64,000 bases of DNA from Candidatus Omnitrophota bacterium. Lineage in GTDB: Bacteria > Omnitrophota > Gorgyraeia > Gygaellales > Profunditerraquicolaceae. The notes beneath the pieces were generated by a model that saw only the letters and a list, made by a program, of their open reading frames with translations, searched no databases and was not told the DNA's origin. Below are positions 8,386 through 17,784 of the stretch, piece after piece. How positions within the stretch are numbered: the first letter of the stretch is position 1; each line of letters starts with the position of its first letter. Made by a program: the position numbers and the translations under genes. Location: the NCBI GenBank assembly GCA_043800555.1, contig JAZDMX010000023.1:9101-73100 (forward strand), written 5' to 3'.

Positions 8386-9694
8386 CCTTAAACCAATCGC
8401 CTTAGCGGCTCTGGCGTTAATTTTGAGCTATATCTCCCAGTTCAACCTGGCCGTAACCTTATCTATCATAGTTTTATGCGTTTACCTGGAATCGAGGAAA
8501 CTGGGCCTGAAAAGCTGCAAATTGCTGAATCTCGCCCTGCTTTATCTTGCCGCCGTTGCCAGCGGCTACATCCTTATCAAGCATAATTTCCCGGCATATT
8601 ACATCCCTTTTTCCGTAGCCCCTATGCTGGCAACGTTATTATTCGGGGACTTGGAGATTTCCTTATTGATAGCCCTGGCTTCCTCGGTTTCGTTTGCTTC
8701 ATTTACGCCGGCTTATCCTTTGCAAACAATGATGCTTTCCTTAACCGGAGGCATAGCTTCCAGTATACTTGTGCTGGGGGCGCGTAAACGCAATACCATC
8801 ATCCGCGCCGGGTTCCTGATAGCGGTATTCCAGGTATTAACCCTGGTATTTGCGGAAAATTTACGGATAACCTCTGCCGAAAGATACGTGGTCCTTTTTA
8901 TAAACGGGATAGTCTCAAGTGTAATCGTCCTGGGGATTTTGCCGGTTTTCGAATACCTATTTAATACCGCAACCAATATCAGCCTGCTGGAACTGGCTGA
9001 TTTTCATCATCCGCTCCTTCAACGCCTGCTGCAGGAAGCTCCCGGCACCTACCACCACAGCCTGGTTGTCGGCAATCTTTCCGAAAGCGCCTGCCGCGCG
9101 GTAGGGGCCAATGCCCTGCTGGCAAGAATCGGCGCTTATTACCATGATATCGGTAAGCTCCAAAAACCGGAATATTTCAGCGAAAACCAAGCCAGCGAGA
9201 AAAATAAACACATAGACCTTTCCCCCTCGATGAGCAAGCTGGTAATCATGAACCATGTCAAAGAAGGAGTGGAGCTGGCAAAAAAATACCGGCTTAGCCC
9301 TTCTTTAACCGATTTCATCCAACAGCACCACGGGAACAGCTTAGTCTATTACTTTTACCGCCGGGCGCTGGAAAATATCGAAGAGGACCAAGACGTAAAA
9401 GAGGAGGGCTTCCGTTACCCCGGGCCAAAACCCGGGACCAAAGAAACCGCCATAGTATTATTGGCTGATTCTGTGGAAGCGGCTGCGCGGGCCCTAAAAG
9501 ACCCTAACCCCGGAAAAATCGAAGAACTGGTGCACAAAATAATCAACAATAAGTTTATTGACGGGCAGCTCGACGAATGCGAGTTGACCCTTAAAGACCT
9601 CGAGAAGATTTCAGCGGTCTTTATCCGCCTGCTTTGCGGCATATACCATAACCGGGCAAGCTATCCCGAAGAAAAAAACAATTTCGCCCCCTAA
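8360..9694 (+). CDS. 7TM receptor with intracellular HD hydrolase domain (YqfF-like)
   Basis: N-terminal multi-TM region plus an HD domain (HHSLVVGNL, YYHDIGK, LLADSVEAAAR). Confidence 0.8.
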   Translation: MTKLTGKISLKPIALAALALILSYISQFNLAVTLSIIVLCVYLESRKLGLKSCKLLNLALLYLAAVASGYILIKHNFPAYYIPFSVAPMLATLLFGDLEISLLIALASSVSFASFTPAYPLQTMMLSLTGGIASSILVLGARKRNTIIRAGFLIAVFQVLTLVFAENLRITSAERYVVLFINGIVSSVIVLGILPVFEYLFNTATNISLLELADFHHPLLQRLLQEAPGTYHHSLVVGNLSESACRAVGANALLARIGAYYHDIGKLQKPEYFSENQASEKNKHIDLSPSMSKLVIMNHVKEGVELAKKYRLSPSLTDFIQQHHGNSLVYYFYRRALENIEEDQDVKEEGFRYPGPKPGTKETAIVLLADSVEAAARALKDPNPGKIEELVHKIINNKFIDGQLDECELTLKDLEKISAVFIRLLCGIYHNRASYPEEKNNFAP

Positions 9695-9746
9695 CCCCCT
9701 GGATATTCATAATTCAATAAATCAAATTGCAAGATAAACGCGTAAA

Positions 9747-10232
9747 TTGCGCTTAGACAGTGAAAGAAGGCAAAAAGTGGAGATAACCGTAAGGAACCTG
9801 CAGAAGAAAATCCCCGTCTATCCAAAGAGGACAAAAGAATTGGTCCTTAGGCTCTTAAAGGGAGAGGGGGTAAAAAAAGGCGATATAAGCGTATCGTTTG
9901 TAAGCGATAGGGAAATCTCAAAGCTTAATTTGAAATATTTAAACGAAAACAGGCCTACCGATGTCCTGGCGTTTGGCTTGGCAGGCGGCAATAAAAAGAT
10001 ATCCGGGGACATAATCATATCCGCTGAAACAGCCGCCCGCAATTCCCGGATTTACAAGACCACCCCCATTTACGAATTGGATTTATACTCTGCCCACGGC
10101 TGCCTGCATTTATTGGGATATAACGACAACTCCCCGAAAAATACGAAAATAATGCGCGAGAAAGAATCCAAATACGCTAAATTTACGCCAACCGGATCCG
10201 TCAAATGCCAATCCATAAAACCGAAGCGATAA
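9747..10232 (+). CDS. ybeY: Endoribonuclease YbeY (rRNA maturation factor)
   Basis: The H-x-G-x-LHLLGY-D motif appears as HGCLHLLGYNDNSP. The start may lie downstream of 9747. Confidence 0.8.
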   Translation: MRLDSERRQKVEITVRNLQKKIPVYPKRTKELVLRLLKGEGVKKGDISVSFVSDREISKLNLKYLNENRPTDVLAFGLAGGNKKISGDIIISAETAARNSRIYKTTPIYELDLYSAHGCLHLLGYNDNSPKNTKIMREKESKYAKFTPTGSVKCQSIKPKR

Positions 10233-11002
10233 TCTTAAGGAGGATGGAGTTCCGCGAAACTTCGCTTATCGTGGACCTGTATACCCGCGATTTCGGCAAG
10301 CTAAGCGGCCTGCTTAAGGGGATCCGGGCCGAACCGAAGAAATTCGCCAGCACCGTTGAAGTATCTTCATACAATGAAGTTATATTTTACAAGAAAACGA
10401 ACACTTCCCTGCATTTAGTAAGCGCCTGCGACTTAAAAGACAATTTCTTTAATATCCGGAAAAGCATGGTCAAAGCGGGGATGATGGGGGTCATAATGGA
10501 ACTGATCGCCTTAGTCATGCAGCCGGAAGATAAAAATGAGGACGTTTTTAACCTTGCGCTGGAGTGCCTTAAGGAGCTGGAGGTTACCAGCGTTCCGGAA
10601 AAGGTCATAACGATCTTCAAAATAAAAATGCTTGCCCTTTCCGGGTTTAAGCCGCATTTCGATTCCTGCGTATCGTGCACAAGCAAGATTTTCGGGCAAT
10701 CCAAGTTCTCCTTGAGTTTGGGGGGCTTACTTTGCGAAAAATGTTTTCATAAAGACAACGCGACGCGGCAGATATTCCGGGGGACAATCGCTTCGATATT
10801 ATACATAGAAAGAAATAATTTCAAGAGCAACCTGAACCTCGGGCTTAACCCGCAGATTAAGAAAGAGCTGGAACTGGTCTTAAACGCCTTTTTGAATTTT
10901 CACCTGGAAAAAGAACTTAAGTCGCAAAAAGTGCTAAATAAACTGGCGCAACCCGCGCCAAATTCCAATGCGTATGTGGAGGGGGTAGAGGGGGAGGTGT
11001 GA
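10205..11002 (+). CDS. recO: DNA repair protein RecO
   Basis: OB-fold N-terminus and a C-terminal zinc-binding CxxC...CxxC (CVSCTSK...CEKC). It follows ybeY, as in many bacteria. Confidence 0.8.
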   Translation: MPIHKTEAIILRRMEFRETSLIVDLYTRDFGKLSGLLKGIRAEPKKFASTVEVSSYNEVIFYKKTNTSLHLVSACDLKDNFFNIRKSMVKAGMMGVIMELIALVMQPEDKNEDVFNLALECLKELEVTSVPEKVITIFKIKMLALSGFKPHFDSCVSCTSKIFGQSKFSLSLGGLLCEKCFHKDNATRQIFRGTIASILYIERNNFKSNLNLGLNPQIKKELELVLNAFLNFHLEKELKSQKVLNKLAQPAPNSNAYVEGVEGEV

Positions 11003-11003
11003 G

Positions 11004-11930
11004 ATGAAGATAGGGATTGTTGGGCCGGGGGCAATAGGGTGTTTATTGGCTGCTTATCTATCCAAAGCCAAAGAAGAGGTATGGGTCATTGATTATAAAA
11101 AGGAGCGGGCTGAAAACATCAACAAAACCGGGATAAGCCTGACAGGATTATCCGGAGAATGGCACTGCTCTCCCAAGGCAAGATCCGATGTAAAAGGCAT
11201 AGGGATCGCCGATTTGGCCATCCTTTGCGTTAAGTCTTACGACACAAGAGCCGCCATAGCGCATTCAAAGCCGCTAATCGGGGAAAATACTTCTGTTTTG
11301 ACCTTGCAAAACGGCATAGACAATATAGAAATAATCAGCGAGGCAATCGGAGGAAAGAACATAATCGCAGGAGTGACAAACATGGGGGCAACGCTCCTGG
11401 ATACCGGCAAAACCAAACACGCCGGTAAGGGCGAAACGATAATCGGCAGGGTAGACGGAAAAATCACCGCCGAGATGCGCTCCATCCGCGAGCTTTTTAA
11501 TAAAGTCGGCCTGGAAATGCGCATTTCCAAAGACATAAAACCCCTGCTCTGGTCAAAATTAATCATTAACTCCGGCATTAACGCCCTGACAGCCATAACA
11601 GGCCTTAAAAACGGAAGGTTGACGGAATTCGAGGGCTCCCGCCGGATCTTGCGCGAAGCAGTTACCGAAGCAACCCGCATAGTCAAAAGAAAAAGAATCA
11701 AGCTTATCTATGATGACCCGCTGGCTAAGGTCGAAGCCGTATGCGAGGCTACCGCCGAAAACACCTCTTCAATGCTGCAGGACGTCTTAGGCAAGAAACG
11801 CACGGAAATCGATTTCATAAACGGGGTGATTGTGCGGCTGGGGCAAGAATTGGGAATACCTACGCCCACAAATACAATGCTGGTAGATTTAGTTAAAACC
11901 ATTGAAGCCAGTTACAATCTATCCCTCTAA
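11004..11930 (+). CDS. panE: 2-dehydropantoate 2-reductase
   Basis: N-terminal Rossmann motif MKIGIVGPGAIGCLLA. Overall ApbA/PanE length and pattern. Confidence 0.7.
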   Translation: MKIGIVGPGAIGCLLAAYLSKAKEEVWVIDYKKERAENINKTGISLTGLSGEWHCSPKARSDVKGIGIADLAILCVKSYDTRAAIAHSKPLIGENTSVLTLQNGIDNIEIISEAIGGKNIIAGVTNMGATLLDTGKTKHAGKGETIIGRVDGKITAEMRSIRELFNKVGLEMRISKDIKPLLWSKLIINSGINALTAITGLKNGRLTEFEGSRRILREAVTEATRIVKRKRIKLIYDDPLAKVEAVCEATAENTSSMLQDVLGKKRTEIDFINGVIVRLGQELGIPTPTNTMLVDLVKTIEASYNLSL

Positions 11931-11984
11931 GCCGGGGAAATTCTCAAGCTGGCTAAAGAAACGCCGGCTATCAGATGAGCTTTT

Positions 11985-12968
11985 TTGCTGCCTGGCTTTA
12001 TTATAATGAACGGCAAAAAGATAAAAAGATACCTGGCGGTAGCGATGTTGGCCGCAGGGCTTGCGTTTATTTTCTTATACACCCGCGGCCATCAAAATAA
12101 CAAGCTCTATCGCCAAGAACATTTGATAATGGGCACGTTTGTGGAGGTCATCTCGCCTGAGCCCAAAGCCGCAAAGATAGTGTTTGACGAAATGCTCCGG
12201 ATCGAAAAACTTTTAAGCAAATACGACCCGCAAAGCGAGGTAGCGAAATTAAACGCCTCCGGCTGCCTGAAGGCAAGCCCGGAAACATTTTATGCCGTAA
12301 AACGATCCCGGGAATTTTGGCAGGCTTCAGACGGGGCGTTTGACATAACCGTGGCCGCGCTTATGGACCTTTGGGGCTTTAGCAACAGGCAGTACCGGGT
12401 CCCTAAAGAAGCGGAAATCAAAAAGGCCTTAAAACTGGTCGGCTCGGATAAAATTATTTTGCAGGAATTTGATAATGTGATACAATTTAAACTTTCCGGC
12501 ATGAAGATTGACCTTGGCGCTATCGCTAAAGGTTACGCGCTTGATTGCGCGTCCAAGAAATTAAAAGAGGCAAAAATCAACAGTTGCCTGATTAATGCCG
12601 GCGGCCAAGTCTTCTGCTTGGGAGAAAGATTCAAAAAGCCCTGGGTAATAGGAGTGGCGGGGCCAAAAAATACGAAGTTAGCCGCGTATTTGGCATTAAA
12701 AGACAAGGTAGTAGCTACTTCCGGAAGCGCCGAGCAGTATTTCATAAAAGGGAAAAAACGCTACTGCCATATATTAAACCCCAAGACCGGTTATCCGGCT
12801 TATTCAGGCATAAGCTCTGTGTCGGTTGTAGCTTGCGACGGCTTGACCGCCGATGCCCTGGCTACGGCAATATTTATACTCGGCAAGGATAAAGGGGAAA
12901 AGTTAGCGCGGAAGTTTAACGGCGCGCAAGTAAAGTTTATCCAGGAAGACAATGTTCAAAATAACTAA
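11985..12968 (+). CDS. apbE: FAD:protein FMN transferase (ApbE family) lipoprotein
   Basis: ApbE-family pattern (HLIMGTFVEV, DLGAIAKGYALD, SGSAEQYF). Confidence 0.75.
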   Translation: MLPGFIIMNGKKIKRYLAVAMLAAGLAFIFLYTRGHQNNKLYRQEHLIMGTFVEVISPEPKAAKIVFDEMLRIEKLLSKYDPQSEVAKLNASGCLKASPETFYAVKRSREFWQASDGAFDITVAALMDLWGFSNRQYRVPKEAEIKKALKLVGSDKIILQEFDNVIQFKLSGMKIDLGAIAKGYALDCASKKLKEAKINSCLINAGGQVFCLGERFKKPWVIGVAGPKNTKLAAYLALKDKVVATSGSAEQYFIKGKKRYCHILNPKTGYPAYSGISSVSVVACDGLTADALATAIFILGKDKGEKLARKFNGAQVKFIQEDNVQNN

Positions 12969-13818
12969 AAAAGAGAATTTAAACAGCGAAGTCATCCGGA
13001 TAAAAGTAGAAGCTCCTTTTATCGCCCGGAAAGCCCGGGCAGGGCAATTTGCGGCAGTCGTTATCGACCAAAACGGAGAACGCATACCGCTGACTTTATC
13101 CGACTGGGACAAAGAGACTGGAGAGATAACCCTGATATTCCAGAAAACGGGTTTTAGCACCAACAGGCTGGCCGGCTTAAATCCCGGAGACAGTATAGCC
13201 CATATCCTGGGCCCGCTGGGCCAGGCCACGGAAATCCGCCCTCAGCATACGCTCCAGGCCCAAGAAGGGCGTTTGAATAATTTTGGCACGGTTTATTGCG
13301 TATCCGGAGGAGTCGGTATCGCCGAAATATACCCGGTAACCAGGGCCTTTAAGGAATCCGGCAGCCGCGTCATCGCGATAATCGGAAGCAGGAATAAAGA
13401 CTTGCTGATACTGGAAAAGGAAATCCGGGAGACCAGCGACGAATTATTCATTACCACCGATGACGGCTCTTACGGGAAAAAGGGCCTGGTCATCGACACG
13501 CTTAAAGACCTGTTCGGAGCCATAGAGAAATCTACTCATACCCAATACCCGGATTTGGTATATTGCATCGGGCCGGTCCCCATGATGCAGGCTGTCGCAA
13601 ATTTTACCAAAGAATACCTGGTGAAAACAATCGCCAGCTTAAACCCGATAATGGTCGATGCAACCGGAATGTGCGGCGCCTGCCGCTGCCACGTAGGCAA
13701 TAAGGAAGTTTTCGCCTGCGTGGATGGCCCGGATTTCGACGCGCACCTGGTGGATTTTGACGAACTGAACCGGCGCTTAAAAACTTTCGCAAAAGAAGAA
13801 AAAAGGATAAAAACGTAA
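12952..13818 (+). CDS. NfnA/SudB/PyrK-like FAD/NAD(P)-binding oxidoreductase subunit with C-terminal [2Fe-2S] cluster
   Basis: Ferredoxin-NADP reductase-like fold. C-terminal cysteine cluster CGACRCHVGNKEVFACVDGPDF. Confidence 0.7.
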   Translation: MFKITKKENLNSEVIRIKVEAPFIARKARAGQFAAVVIDQNGERIPLTLSDWDKETGEITLIFQKTGFSTNRLAGLNPGDSIAHILGPLGQATEIRPQHTLQAQEGRLNNFGTVYCVSGGVGIAEIYPVTRAFKESGSRVIAIIGSRNKDLLILEKEIRETSDELFITTDDGSYGKKGLVIDTLKDLFGAIEKSTHTQYPDLVYCIGPVPMMQAVANFTKEYLVKTIASLNPIMVDATGMCGACRCHVGNKEVFACVDGPDFDAHLVDFDELNRRLKTFAKEEKRIKT

Positions 13819-13820
13819 AA

Positions 13821-15173
13821 ATGGCCGAAGAAAACCAAACGCCGATCAATAAAATGGCAAACAATAAAATGTTCATTTATTTCTCCGAAATGATTGATAA
13901 GCCCGTCTTTGACTCCGATAAGAAGATAATCGGGGAGGCCTATGACATAATACTCAAACCCAGCGCGGTATTCCCTCAATCGGTTTACCTGGTTATCCGC
14001 AAGGGTTTCCTTAACCGTAAATACGCTACAATCGCCTGGGACGATATTAAAGAAATTGATACGCAAAACTTTGAAATTAACCTCAATATCGAAAGGGCCA
14101 AAATCCAGTTCAAAGAAAAACACGACAATAAAGACGAGCTTACCCTCCGGCGAGATATTCTCGACCAACAGGTAGTGGACACCCATAACCATAAGGTAAT
14201 CAGGATTAACGATATCCACCTGCTTTTTGTGGAACGGGCGCTTATGGTCGCCCACGTCGACATAAGCACCCGCGGGCTCATCCGCAGGCTGGGTTTTGAA
14301 AGAATCGCGGACTTTATCATAGGCGCAATTTCCAAGGATTCCGCCTACCTTAAGGAAGAGCACCTCATTTCATGGAAATACATCCAACCGCTCTCGATTA
14401 ATCCGGCAAGCATGACAATTAAGGTAAATGCCCCGGAAAAACAATTCAGCGCCATACCGGCTGCCGACCTGGGAGAGATTTTCCTGGATTTGAACATCAA
14501 GCAGCAAATAACTTTCTTCAGGTCCCTGGATATCAAAACCCGAGCAAGGGTTTTTACGAATATCGACTTTAAAACTCAAAAATCCCTGGTTGAAGACCTG
14601 GAGCCTAAACAGGTGGGGGAATTACTAAACAATATCCCTTCCGATGAAGCTACGGATTTCCTGGAAAAACTTCCCAAATACATGACCGAGCATATTTTGA
14701 CCCTTATTGAAAGCAAGTACGCCAAAAAATTATCCCAGTTATTAGGCTACTCCAGCGATTCCGCCGGAGGGCTGATGACGGCCGAATACACGGTCTTTAC
14801 CAAAAATACCCCGGTTGAATCCGCGCTCAAACAAATCAAAGAGCGCACCTATAAGGCCGAGCCTACGCAATACGTTTACATCGTCGATGAGAATAACCGC
14901 CTCCTGGGAACGACTAATTTCCGCAGGCTGATACTGGCTGACCCCCAAGAAACGATCCAGAACGTCGCCTTTCCCAAAACCTATTTCGTGCATTTAGATT
15001 CAAGCGTAAAAGAAGTGGCTTACCTTATGGAAAAATATAAATATTACACCATCCCGGTAGTCGATGAGAACCACGCGCTGCAGGGGATAATAACGGTGGA
15101 TGATATATTAAGCCAACTAATCGCTTTTGCCTGGAGAAGGCTTAAAAAAATCAAGATATTTTCCAAGGAATAA
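13821..15173 (+). CDS. Soluble MgtE-N/CBS-pair protein with N-terminal PRC-barrel-like repeats (no membrane domain)
   Basis: MgtE_N-like helical region and two CBS domains (MTAEYTVFTKNTP, TIPVVDENHALQGIITVDDIL). The protein ends without any TM segment. The next gene is an Nramp-family transporter. Confidence 0.7.
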   Translation: MAEENQTPINKMANNKMFIYFSEMIDKPVFDSDKKIIGEAYDIILKPSAVFPQSVYLVIRKGFLNRKYATIAWDDIKEIDTQNFEINLNIERAKIQFKEKHDNKDELTLRRDILDQQVVDTHNHKVIRINDIHLLFVERALMVAHVDISTRGLIRRLGFERIADFIIGAISKDSAYLKEEHLISWKYIQPLSINPASMTIKVNAPEKQFSAIPAADLGEIFLDLNIKQQITFFRSLDIKTRARVFTNIDFKTQKSLVEDLEPKQVGELLNNIPSDEATDFLEKLPKYMTEHILTLIESKYAKKLSQLLGYSSDSAGGLMTAEYTVFTKNTPVESALKQIKERTYKAEPTQYVYIVDENNRLLGTTNFRRLILADPQETIQNVAFPKTYFVHLDSSVKEVAYLMEKYKYYTIPVVDENHALQGIITVDDILSQLIAFAWRRLKKIKIFSKE

Positions 15174-15182
15174 CCTTTTATA

Positions 15183-16412
15183 ATGAAAAACGCCTGGAGA
15201 AAAATAATCATATTCCTGTCGGTTATGGGCCCGGGGATCATTACGGCTAACGTCGATAACGATGCCGGCGGCATTACCACTTACTCGGTTGCGGGCGCGC
15301 ATTTCGGCTATTCCCTGGTCTGGTCTTTTGTCCCCATCATCATCGCTTTAGTCATAATCCAGGAGATGTGCTCGCGCATGGCGGTGGTAACCGGCAAAGG
15401 GCTGGCGGATTTAATCCGCGAAGAATTCGGCGTAAGGGTAACTTTTTACGCCATGGCAGTCCTGATACTATCAAACATCTTTAATACCATTTCCGAATTT
15501 GCCGGCATAGCCGCCAGCGCGGAATTATTCGGGATAAGCAAATACATCCTTGTCCCGCTGTGCGCGCTGTTTGTCTGGTGGCTCATCGTAAAGGGCACCT
15601 ATAAATCCGTGGAGAAAGTATTCCTGCTGGCTTGTTTATTCTATGTTTCCTATATTATCTCCGGGTTTTTGTCCAAGCCGGACTGGAACGCGGTAGTAAA
15701 TAACTCCATCAAGCCGGCCATTCATTTCGACAAAGCTTACCTGCTTATGCTTATAGGGGTAATCGGCACGACAATCGCGCCCTGGATGCAATTTTACCAA
15801 CAGTCATCGGTGGTAGAAAAAGACATAAAGATGGAAAACTATAAATACAGCCGGCTGGATGTCGTCATCGGGTCTTTTATAGTCAATATAATCGCGGTTT
15901 TTATCGTGATTGTCTGCGCCAACACGCTTTTTGCGCACGGCATAAGGATTGAAACCGCCAAAGACGCGGCGCTTGCCCTTAAGCCGCTGGCCGGGCAATA
16001 CTGCTTCTACCTTTTTGCCTTCGGGCTGCTTAACGCCTCGGTATTCTCGGCGTGCATACTGCCCTTATCAACCGCCTATTCGGTATGCGAAGGCATGGGC
16101 TGGGAAGTGGGGGTAAACCGCCGGTTTAAAGAAGCGCCTCAATTCTATAGCCTCTACACAGCCATTATCATTATCGGGGCAGCCATAATACTTTTACCGA
16201 ACGTAAAGCTCATCCCGATCATGCTTATATCGCAGGCGACTAACGGGATATTGCTTCCTTTTGTCCTGATATTCATGCTGATGCTGGTAAACAATAAAAG
16301 GCTTATGGGCAAATACACAAACTCGCGTATTTATAATTTAATAAGCATAACCGTCATCCTCGCCATGGTCGGGCTTTCTACGGCCTTATTGATAACCGCT
16401 TTCATGAATTAA
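15183..16412 (+). CDS. Nramp (SLC11)-family divalent cation transporter with NRMT-like (Mg2+) site substitutions
   Basis: GPGIITANVDNDAGG aligns to the Nramp TM1 IDPGN motif as D-A-G-G. TIAPWMQF aligns to the TM6 MPH motif with Met->Ala. Confidence 0.75.
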   Translation: MKNAWRKIIIFLSVMGPGIITANVDNDAGGITTYSVAGAHFGYSLVWSFVPIIIALVIIQEMCSRMAVVTGKGLADLIREEFGVRVTFYAMAVLILSNIFNTISEFAGIAASAELFGISKYILVPLCALFVWWLIVKGTYKSVEKVFLLACLFYVSYIISGFLSKPDWNAVVNNSIKPAIHFDKAYLLMLIGVIGTTIAPWMQFYQQSSVVEKDIKMENYKYSRLDVVIGSFIVNIIAVFIVIVCANTLFAHGIRIETAKDAALALKPLAGQYCFYLFAFGLLNASVFSACILPLSTAYSVCEGMGWEVGVNRRFKEAPQFYSLYTAIIIIGAAIILLPNVKLIPIMLISQATNGILLPFVLIFMLMLVNNKRLMGKYTNSRIYNLISITVILAMVGLSTALLITAFMN

Positions 16413-16413
16413 T

Positions 16414-17784
16414 ATGCGCAATAAAATACCTCAACAGAACCCTAAAGAACGCGTTAATAATTTCCTGGAAGTAGCTTTGGGTTTTTCCAGGATTGAGGCT
16501 GAAAAAGAAGCTTCTCGCTGCCTCCAGTGCCAGGAGCCTGCCTGCCTGAAAGGCTGCCCTGTCGGGATAGACATCCCGGGGTTCATAAAGTTGATCAAAG
16601 AAGGCAAACAAAAAAACGCTTTGGATAAAATCAAGGAAAGAAACAACCTCCCGGCGGTCTGCGGCCGCGTCTGCCCGCAAGAGAACCAATGCGAAGCAGC
16701 CTGCATCCTGAATAAGAAAAACGCGCCTATAAACATAGGGGCGCTGGAAAGATACGCCTCGGATTGCCAAACCGATTGCACCGGCCGGTTGCCCATAACG
16801 CCGGCGCTGGAAAAAATAGCGGTGGTCGGTTCCGGGCCTGCCGGCTTGACCTGCGCAGCCGATTTAGCCAAGCTCGGTTTTAAAGTTGCCTTATTCGAGT
16901 CTTTACATATTCCGGGAGGCGTTTTGGTTTACGGTATCCCGGAATTCAGGCTCCCCAAAAAAATAGTGCAAAATGAAGTGGATTACATAAAGGGGCTGGG
17001 GGTGGATATCCGAATTGACACGCTTATCGGCAATACTTTCAGCCTCGAGGACTTACGCCAAGAAGGCTTCAAGGCAATTTTTCTGGCGACAGGGGCCGGA
17101 TTACCGCAGTTCTTAGGCATTGAAGGGGAAAACCTCCCGGGGGTATATTCCGCTAATGAATTCCTGACCCGGCTAAACTTAATGAAAGCTTATAAATTTC
17201 CCGAATACGCCACCCCTTTAAATATCGGCGAGAAGACAGCGGTCATTGGCGGCGGTAACGTCGCCCTGGACTGCTCAAGAGCCGCCTTAAGGTTAGCCAG
17301 CCGGGTAAAAATTGTTTACCGCAGGGGCCAAAATGAAATGCCCGGCCGCCGGGAAGAAGTGGAAAACGCCAAAGAAGAAGGCGTAGAATTTCACCTGCTG
17401 ACGCAACCGGTTAAAGTTCTCGCTAATGGAGACGGGTCTGTTAAAGGCCTGGAATGCATTAAAATGGAATTGGGAGAGCCTGAGGCGACCGGAAGAAGAA
17501 GGCCGGTTCCGCTGAAAGATTCGGCCTTTTTCCTGGAGGCCGATACGGTTATCATAGCTATAGGCCAAAACCCAAACCCCCTTTTGCCTAAAGCAACCCA
17601 GGGGCTAGTAACAAATAACGATGGGACAATCAAGGTGGATGACAATTTCATGACATCCCTACCGGGCGTATTTGCCGGCGGAGACATCATAAGCGGCGCC
17701 GACACGGTAATCTCGGCAATGGGCGCCGGAAAGAAAGCGGCCCTGGCGATAGAAAAATACATAAAGGATAAAAATGGAAAATAA
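16414..17784 (+). CDS. Glutamate synthase small-chain-like NAD(P)H oxidoreductase (GltD/NfnB/SudA family)
   Basis: Two N-terminal Fe-S cysteine clusters (CLQCQEPACLKGCP; CGRVCPQENQCEAAC). FAD and NAD(P) Rossmann motifs (VVGSGPAGL; VIGGGNVALD). Confidence 0.8.
   Translation: MRNKIPQQNPKERVNNFLEVALGFSRIEAEKEASRCLQCQEPACLKGCPVGIDIPGFIKLIKEGKQKNALDKIKERNNLPAVCGRVCPQENQCEAACILNKKNAPINIGALERYASDCQTDCTGRLPITPALEKIAVVGSGPAGLTCAADLAKLGFKVALFESLHIPGGVLVYGIPEFRLPKKIVQNEVDYIKGLGVDIRIDTLIGNTFSLEDLRQEGFKAIFLATGAGLPQFLGIEGENLPGVYSANEFLTRLNLMKAYKFPEYATPLNIGEKTAVIGGGNVALDCSRAALRLASRVKIVYRRGQNEMPGRREEVENAKEEGVEFHLLTQPVKVLANGDGSVKGLECIKMELGEPEATGRRRPVPLKDSAFFLEADTVIIAIGQNPNPLLPKATQGLVTNNDGTIKVDDNFMTSLPGVFAGGDIISGADTVISAMGAGKKAALAIEKYIKDKNGK

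Noticed and set aside
13700-13821. Mg2+ (M-box) riboswitch ahead of the MgtE-like gene
   Set aside because: There is no leader. The gene starts 3 nt after the preceding stop.
13536-14363. 275-aa minus-strand ORF
   Set aside because: It is antisense to the NfnA-like and MgtE-N/CBS genes and has no recognisable motifs. Shadow ORF.
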